Shown here: one piece after another, positions 56,572-61,089 of the stretch | Layout of the letters: each line of letters begins with the position of its first letter | How positions within the stretch are numbered: position 1 is the first letter of the stretch | DNA from: Thermoproteota archaeon | GTDB lineage: Archaea; Korarchaeota; Korarchaeia; Korarchaeales; Korarchaeaceae | Assembly: GCA_027491415.1 (NCBI GenBank) | Contig: JAOZFH010000013.1 | Location: 1-61,089 of the forward strand | DNA length: 61,089 nucleotides | Direction: 5' to 3' | Translations under genes and position numbers: made by a program | Notes under the pieces: generated by a model | Seen by the model: only the letters and a program-made list of their open reading frames with translations | What the model was told of the DNA's origin: nothing | The model's database searches: none

Positions 56572-57519
56572 TCAGGCGCGAGCCGCCCGGGCCGCCTCCA
56601 CCCTGCCGGCCCCCTCCCTAGCGGAGCGGTAGAGCCAGGCCAGGTCGGTGGCCGCGGATCTGCACCCACCCAGTCCGACGAACTCGACGTGCGGGACGGC
56701 CCACCTCCTCAGGGTCGCGAACACCTCGGCCCTGTGGCGTGACAGCCTCTCCGAGAGGAGCCGCCAGCCATCGACGCCCTCCACGAGGACCGAGCCGTTC
56801 TCCGGGTCCACCAGCTCGGCGGTCCCCCCACGTGGCAGGGAGATCTCCGAGGGGTGCGACGAGATCGCAACGCCAAGTCCCCAGCCGACGGCGGAGAGGG
56901 CCGACGCCAGACCCTCAAACTCCCCCGGGTCGTGGGCCAGGTCGGTGATGAGCACGAGCGAGGCGCGCCTGCGGGAGAGCGAGGCAGCCGCCCGGGCGAC
57001 CCGGCGGAGGTCGACCGCGCCACCCGGCTCCGGCGTCTCGCAGAGTTCCTTAACAGCCGCCAGGGCGAGTTCCGACGGCGGCAGCCTCAGGGCGGTGAGC
57101 CGATCGCCGAGGATCAGGAGGGTCGTGACGTCTCCCAGCCAGCTAGCCAGCGAGGTCAAGAACGAGAGGGCGTAGAGCGCGGCGTGGAGCTTCTCACCGA
57201 AATCCATGGAGGGGGACGCGTCGAGGGCCAGCACAACCTCGAGCTGACGCTCGGCCCGCCTCTCTCGAACGAGGAGCCTCATCCCGCCGTCCGATCCAAT
57301 GGACCGGCTCGAGAGCCTCCAGTCAATCAGCCTGAAGTCGTCACCGGGCTGGTAATCCCTGTAGTCGTCCCACTCGAGGCCGATCCCCCTGGCCCTTATC
57401 GGGGTGACGCCCACAGCGAGCGAGTCGGCGTGGACCCTGGCCATCTCGACGATGGCGACGGCCTCCCGGCAGACCCTCCTGGTCCCTTCCCTCGGCACTT
57501 CCCCTCCCCCCGGGACCAA
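56572..57519 (-). CDS. DUF58 (VWA-like) MoxR-associated protein
   Basis: RGIGLEWDDYRDYQPGDDFRLIDWRLSSR, LDASPSMDFG, ITDL. Confidence 0.9.
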   Translation of the reverse strand: MVPGGGEVPREGTRRVCREAVAIVEMARVHADSLAVGVTPIRARGIGLEWDDYRDYQPGDDFRLIDWRLSSRSIGSDGGMRLLVRERRAERQLEVVLALDASPSMDFGEKLHAALYALSFLTSLASWLGDVTTLLILGDRLTALRLPPSELALAAVKELCETPEPGGAVDLRRVARAAASLSRRRASLVLITDLAHDPGEFEGLASALSAVGWGLGVAISSHPSEISLPRGGTAELVDPENGSVLVEGVDGWRLLSERLSRHRAEVFATLRRWAVPHVEFVGLGGCRSAATDLAWLYRSAREGAGRVEAARAARA

Positions 57520-57582
57520 AAGTTAAGCGGCTCGCGCGGCCGGGGGTCACCTTTTTTTTCGTCGCGATGGGGGGCTCCACCC

Positions 57583-58281
57583 GTGAGATTCTACTCCGGC
57601 CGCGAGCTGTCCGGCGCGCCCGTGGTCGACAGCGAGGGGCTGGTTTACGGGCGGGCCTCGGGGCTTGAGGTCTCTGAGAGCGGGCTGCTCCTCAGGGTGA
57701 CGGAGGTAGTCAGGGACCCTGAGACGGGGAGGGAGATGACCCACGAGAAGGGCCTCGTCCCCGTCGAGGAGATATCCACGATAGCCGAGGGCCCCGGTGG
57801 ACCGATAGTACTCCTCTCCACCCCGCGGGAGGCCTCCTACCGGGGGGTGAGGGTGGGGGAGCCCGCCCCCGCGGACCTGGAGAGGGCCGTCGGCAGGGTG
57901 GCCGTCACGCTGGACGGCAGGGTTCTCGGAACCGTCTCGGAGATCGTGGTCGGTCCGGGGATCCCGGGCCTCAGGGTCAGGGCGTCGGCGGGCGAGGTGG
58001 CGTGGCTGAGGTTCCTCAGGGACCTAAGGTCGAGGCGCCCCGGGCTCGCCGCGAGGCTGGAGGCGAGGGTGGACCCGTACAAGAACCCGAGGGTGCCCGC
58101 CGAGAGGCTGGACGACCTGCTCAGGGCGCTCAGGGAGGAGGGCGCCGGCGAGGAGGAGGTGGAGGCGCTGAGGGGGTACGTGGAGGAGGTCGAGTCCGCC
58201 TCCGTGGACGTCCCCTGGCCGAGGGTCGAGCGGGTGGGCGACGTGGTCCTGGTGGAGGGGGGCGAGTGGGTTGGACCCTGA
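57583..58281 (+). CDS. Tandem PRC-barrel protein
   Basis: ELSGAPVVDSEGLVYG, VGRVAVTLDGRVLGTVSEIVV, VPWPRVERVGDVVLV. Start GTG 57583. Confidence 0.72.
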   Translation: MRFYSGRELSGAPVVDSEGLVYGRASGLEVSESGLLLRVTEVVRDPETGREMTHEKGLVPVEEISTIAEGPGGPIVLLSTPREASYRGVRVGEPAPADLERAVGRVAVTLDGRVLGTVSEIVVGPGIPGLRVRASAGEVAWLRFLRDLRSRRPGLAARLEARVDPYKNPRVPAERLDDLLRALREEGAGEEEVEALRGYVEEVESASVDVPWPRVERVGDVVLVEGGEWVGP

Positions 58282-59326
58282 CGTCGCCGACGTGGCGAGC
58301 CGGATACTGGACAGGCTGGCCAGCGTCCTGATTGGCATGGGGGAGGAGGTCAGGCTCACCTTGGTGGCCCTCCTCGCGAACGGGCACGTCATTCTGGAGG
58401 GCGTCCCCGGCGTCGCCAAGACCACCGCGGTCAGGGGGCTGGCTAGGCTCCTGGGCCTGGACGGCCTGAGGGTCGAGCTGGACGGAGTTCCCTTCCGGGG
58501 CCTCAGCAGGGTCCAGTGCACCCCCGACCTGATGCCCTCCGACGTGACGGGGAGCCTCGTGTTCAACCCGAAGGAGCTGAGGTTCGAGCCCAGGTTTGGG
58601 CCGGTCTTCTCCTACGTGTTGCTGGCCGACGAGATCAATAGGGCCATCCCCAGGACTCAGTCGGCCCTCCTCCAGGCCATGCAGGAGAGGGAGGTCACCA
58701 TAGGCGACAGGACCTACCCCCTAGAGGACAGGGCCAGGGGGAAGTTCTTCTTCGTCCTCGCGACCCAGAACCCGGTCGAGCAGGAGGGAACGTATCCTCT
58801 GCCGGAGGCCCAGCTGGACAGGTTCCTCATGAGGGTGATCGTCGGATACCCGAGGAACCTGGAGGAGGAGAAGGCGGTGCTGAGGCTCCACTCCAAGAGG
58901 CTGACGGAGCCCGTGTTTGATCTCGAGCCGATCGTGGAGCCTGAGTGGGTCGTGAGGGCGCAGGAGGAGATAGCGAGAGGAGTCGAGGCGTCTGAGGAGA
59001 CCCTAGAGTACGTGACCAGGCTGGTCCGCTACACCAGGCCGGAGTCCTTCGAGCCGGTCAGGGGCCTGCTGACCCTTGGGGCCAGCCCTCGGGCTGGGAT
59101 AGCCCTGCTCCGGGCAGCAAAAGCTCACGCTGCCCTCAGGGGGTCGGACACGGCGGATCCTGATGACGTCGACGCGGTGGCCTTCGCTGTCCTGAACCAC
59201 AGGCTGATTCCAGACCCGAGGAGGCTGGTGGAGCTCAGGCTCTCGGGGGAGGGCTACTCCTCCCGGTACGAGCTAGTGAGGGAGGCCATAGGTCTGGCCT
59301 CGAGGGCCGCGAGAGAGGCCCTCTGA
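58271..59326 (+). CDS. moxR: MoxR family AAA+ ATPase
   Basis: GHVILEGVPGVAKT, RVQCTPDLMPSDVTG, LADEINRA.PRTQSALLQAMQE, ATQNPVEQEGTYPLPEAQLDRF, GASPR. Confidence 0.95.
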   Translation: MDPDVADVASRILDRLASVLIGMGEEVRLTLVALLANGHVILEGVPGVAKTTAVRGLARLLGLDGLRVELDGVPFRGLSRVQCTPDLMPSDVTGSLVFNPKELRFEPRFGPVFSYVLLADEINRAIPRTQSALLQAMQEREVTIGDRTYPLEDRARGKFFFVLATQNPVEQEGTYPLPEAQLDRFLMRVIVGYPRNLEEEKAVLRLHSKRLTEPVFDLEPIVEPEWVVRAQEEIARGVEASEETLEYVTRLVRYTRPESFEPVRGLLTLGASPRAGIALLRAAKAHAALRGSDTADPDDVDAVAFAVLNHRLIPDPRRLVELRLSGEGYSSRYELVREAIGLASRAAREAL

Positions 59327-59765
59327 GGTCTCAAAGGCAAAGGCATTTTTAGACGGTCACCTCGCCAGTGAGGCCGGACCGCCTCTAATCGACGTCGGGC
59401 ATATATCTGTCGCGATACAGGGGGCGCGACGCCAGTCGAGTGGGAGTCCACCTACTCCGAGACCGAGGGCGAGGAGCACGCCGAGTCGGTCCTGCAGATC
59501 GTAAAAGAGGCCTCAGACCGCCCGGGAATCCGGGGCGTACACGGGGGGCAAGCGCGGTGACTAATGTGAATTAACGGTGTGGATCCGCTCTTGCCATTGT
59601 CAGCCTAGGGATGTTGTCGGAGAGGGCGGGGCGGTCTCTGAACCTGGCTACACCCCCTGCGTCCATCCACAGCCGTCGAGCCCCTCCTCCGGAGTACGCC
59701 TTACCCAACTTTATTACTCGCCCAGCGAGATCTAACCCAGCGATGGACCTAGCCGGTGATCGATC

Positions 59766-60542
59766 TTGTCTTCAACAGACTCCACGCTGAAGGAGAGGAT
59801 CCTGAACCTCCTCAAGCGGGATGAGGAGTTCAGGTACGCGGTCGCTGGGCTCATAGGCTACGGCGACGTGCTAGATCGGATGAGGGAGCACGACCGGAAG
59901 TTCAACGAGATACTGGAGGAGCTCAGGGCCCACAGGCGCCTGCTGGAAGGACACGAGAGGAGGTTCGAGGGCATAGAGGCCAGGCTGGCGGAGCACGACA
60001 GGAAGTTCAACGAGATACTGGCCCAGATCGCCGAGATCAGGGAGAGACAGGCGGAGCACGACAGGAAGTTCAACGAGATACTGGAGCGGATGGAGGGTCT
60101 GGAGAGGGAGTTGGAGAGGGTACGGATGAGGGTGGAGGTCACCATTGGGAGCATGGGCAGGAGGTGGGGCAGGGACCTGGAGAGGACCACGCTTGAGATA
60201 TTCAGGGAGGCGCTGGAGAGGGAGGGGATAGAGCCGGGGAGGGTCGAGAGGTTCGTCAGGGTGGACGAGGACGGCTCGGTGACCGGGGTCAAGGGCAGGA
60301 GGGTCGAGGCCGACATCGTCGTGAGGGACGGCAGGCTCTACATCCTCGAGGTCAAGTCCCACGCCAGCCTGGACGACGTGGAGTGGTTCCACCAGGTGTC
60401 ACTCTGGGTCGAGAGGTTCATGGGGAGGAAGGCCGACAGGCTCATCCTGGTCGCCGTCAACGTGGACGACGACGCCCTGGAGAGGGCCCGAGAGCTCGGC
60501 ATGGGGGTGATCTTCGGGAACGTGATCAGGCTGACCGACTGA
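59766..60542 (+). CDS. Coiled-coil repeat + PD-(D/E)XK domain protein (DUF3782/paREP-like)
   Basis: LLKRDEEFRYAVAGLIG, EHDRKFNEIL three times, GRRWG..E, EADIVV...ILEVKS. Confidence 0.85.
   Translation: MSSTDSTLKERILNLLKRDEEFRYAVAGLIGYGDVLDRMREHDRKFNEILEELRAHRRLLEGHERRFEGIEARLAEHDRKFNEILAQIAEIRERQAEHDRKFNEILERMEGLERELERVRMRVEVTIGSMGRRWGRDLERTTLEIFREALEREGIEPGRVERFVRVDEDGSVTGVKGRRVEADIVVRDGRLYILEVKSHASLDDVEWFHQVSLWVERFMGRKADRLILVAVNVDDDALERARELGMGVIFGNVIRLTD
59886..60084 (+). repeat. Three 31-bp intragenic repeats GAGCACGAC(A/C)GGAAGTTCAACGAGATACTGG
   Basis: Copies start at 59886, 59991 and 60054. Confidence 0.9.
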
Positions 60543-60740
60543 CCCCAAGCCTCCGCGCCTGGGCCCGCGCGCGAACGCCGCGTCCGCTACGGCTGGGCAT
60601 ACGGGGTGGGACGACCTCGAGCTCGCCCTCCGGGCCCTCAGTCACGCGTCCCGCCACGCCCGCGGCGCGCTCGGCCCGCCGTCCCAGGCCGCGCGGATCC
60701 CGCAAGCCTTAATTCCGTAGGGCGTCGGGCACCTCGGACG

Positions 60741-61089
60741 GTGGAGTTGGGTAAGAGGAGGGTGAGGCTCAGCGACGAGGGCCGCGCCCTGATAATGTGG
60801 TGGCACCTGCTCAGAGGGATGCTCGTCAGGTCGGGCTCGAGCAAGCTCTACCACTTCTCAAAGGCCGCCTACCACGCTCAGAAGCTGGTGAGGAAGAGGA
60901 TGAAGGCCGACGAGGCTGAGAGGCTCGGCCTCACCAAATCAGAGTACGTCATGCTCCTCACCATGGCCAAGGGGAGCGAGTTCACCGTGAGGGAGCTGGC
61001 CGAGGCCACCGGCCTGAGCGAGAGCACCGTGAGGAAGAACCTCAAGACCTTCGTCAGGGCCGGAGTGGCCGAGGAGGACGCCTCCCAGA
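60741..61089 (+). CDS. Winged-helix DNA-binding protein, 3'-truncated by window edge
   Basis: Own translation from GTG 60741: ...LGLTKSEYVMLLTMAKGSEFTVRELAEATGLSESTVRKNLKTFVRAG, open to the edge. Confidence 0.75.
   Translation, partial: MELGKRRVRLSDEGRALIMWWHLLRGMLVRSGSSKLYHFSKAAYHAQKLVRKRMKADEAERLGLTKSEYVMLLTMAKGSEFTVRELAEATGLSESTVRKNLKTFVRAGVAEEDASQ

Noticed and set aside
59886-60084. 31-bp repeats as a possible CRISPR array
   Set aside because: In-frame coding repeats with unequal spacing and no cas genes.

Overview
GC-rich archaeal chromosomal segment. AGG/ATA codon usage, GGAGGTGA-type SD sites, TATA-like promoters, IPCT/DIPPS, a tungsten AOR, TrpB2 and PolB2 suggest a (hyper)thermophilic TACK-type archaeon; the taxon is inferred, not verified. 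About 45 intact genes are interspersed with many decayed toxin-antitoxin and gene remnants. I saw no rRNA, tRNA, CRISPR array or transposase. All family calls come from motif recognition, not database searches. Main candidates for new biology: (1) a 2864-aa Cys-rich DUF11/Ig-like surface protein ending in a TM helix plus a cytoplasmic PIN-like (DUF3368-type) domain, coupled to a small membrane partner gene; (2) a SerK/SbnI-like ParB-fold kinase translationally coupled to TrpB2, a possible Ser to O-phosphoserine to Trp module; (3) a putative cobalamin ECF S-component + DUF4430 operon with a divergent wHTH regulator and a 19-bp operator palindrome; (4) a divergent polB2 / inactive radA / small-partner module with matching GAAA-N-TTTC boxes about 70 nt upstream of both starts; (5) an MNT-HEPN module between diverged direct repeats of phzF-3'/eamA-5'; (6) a vapC that apparently needs an ATT start codon.
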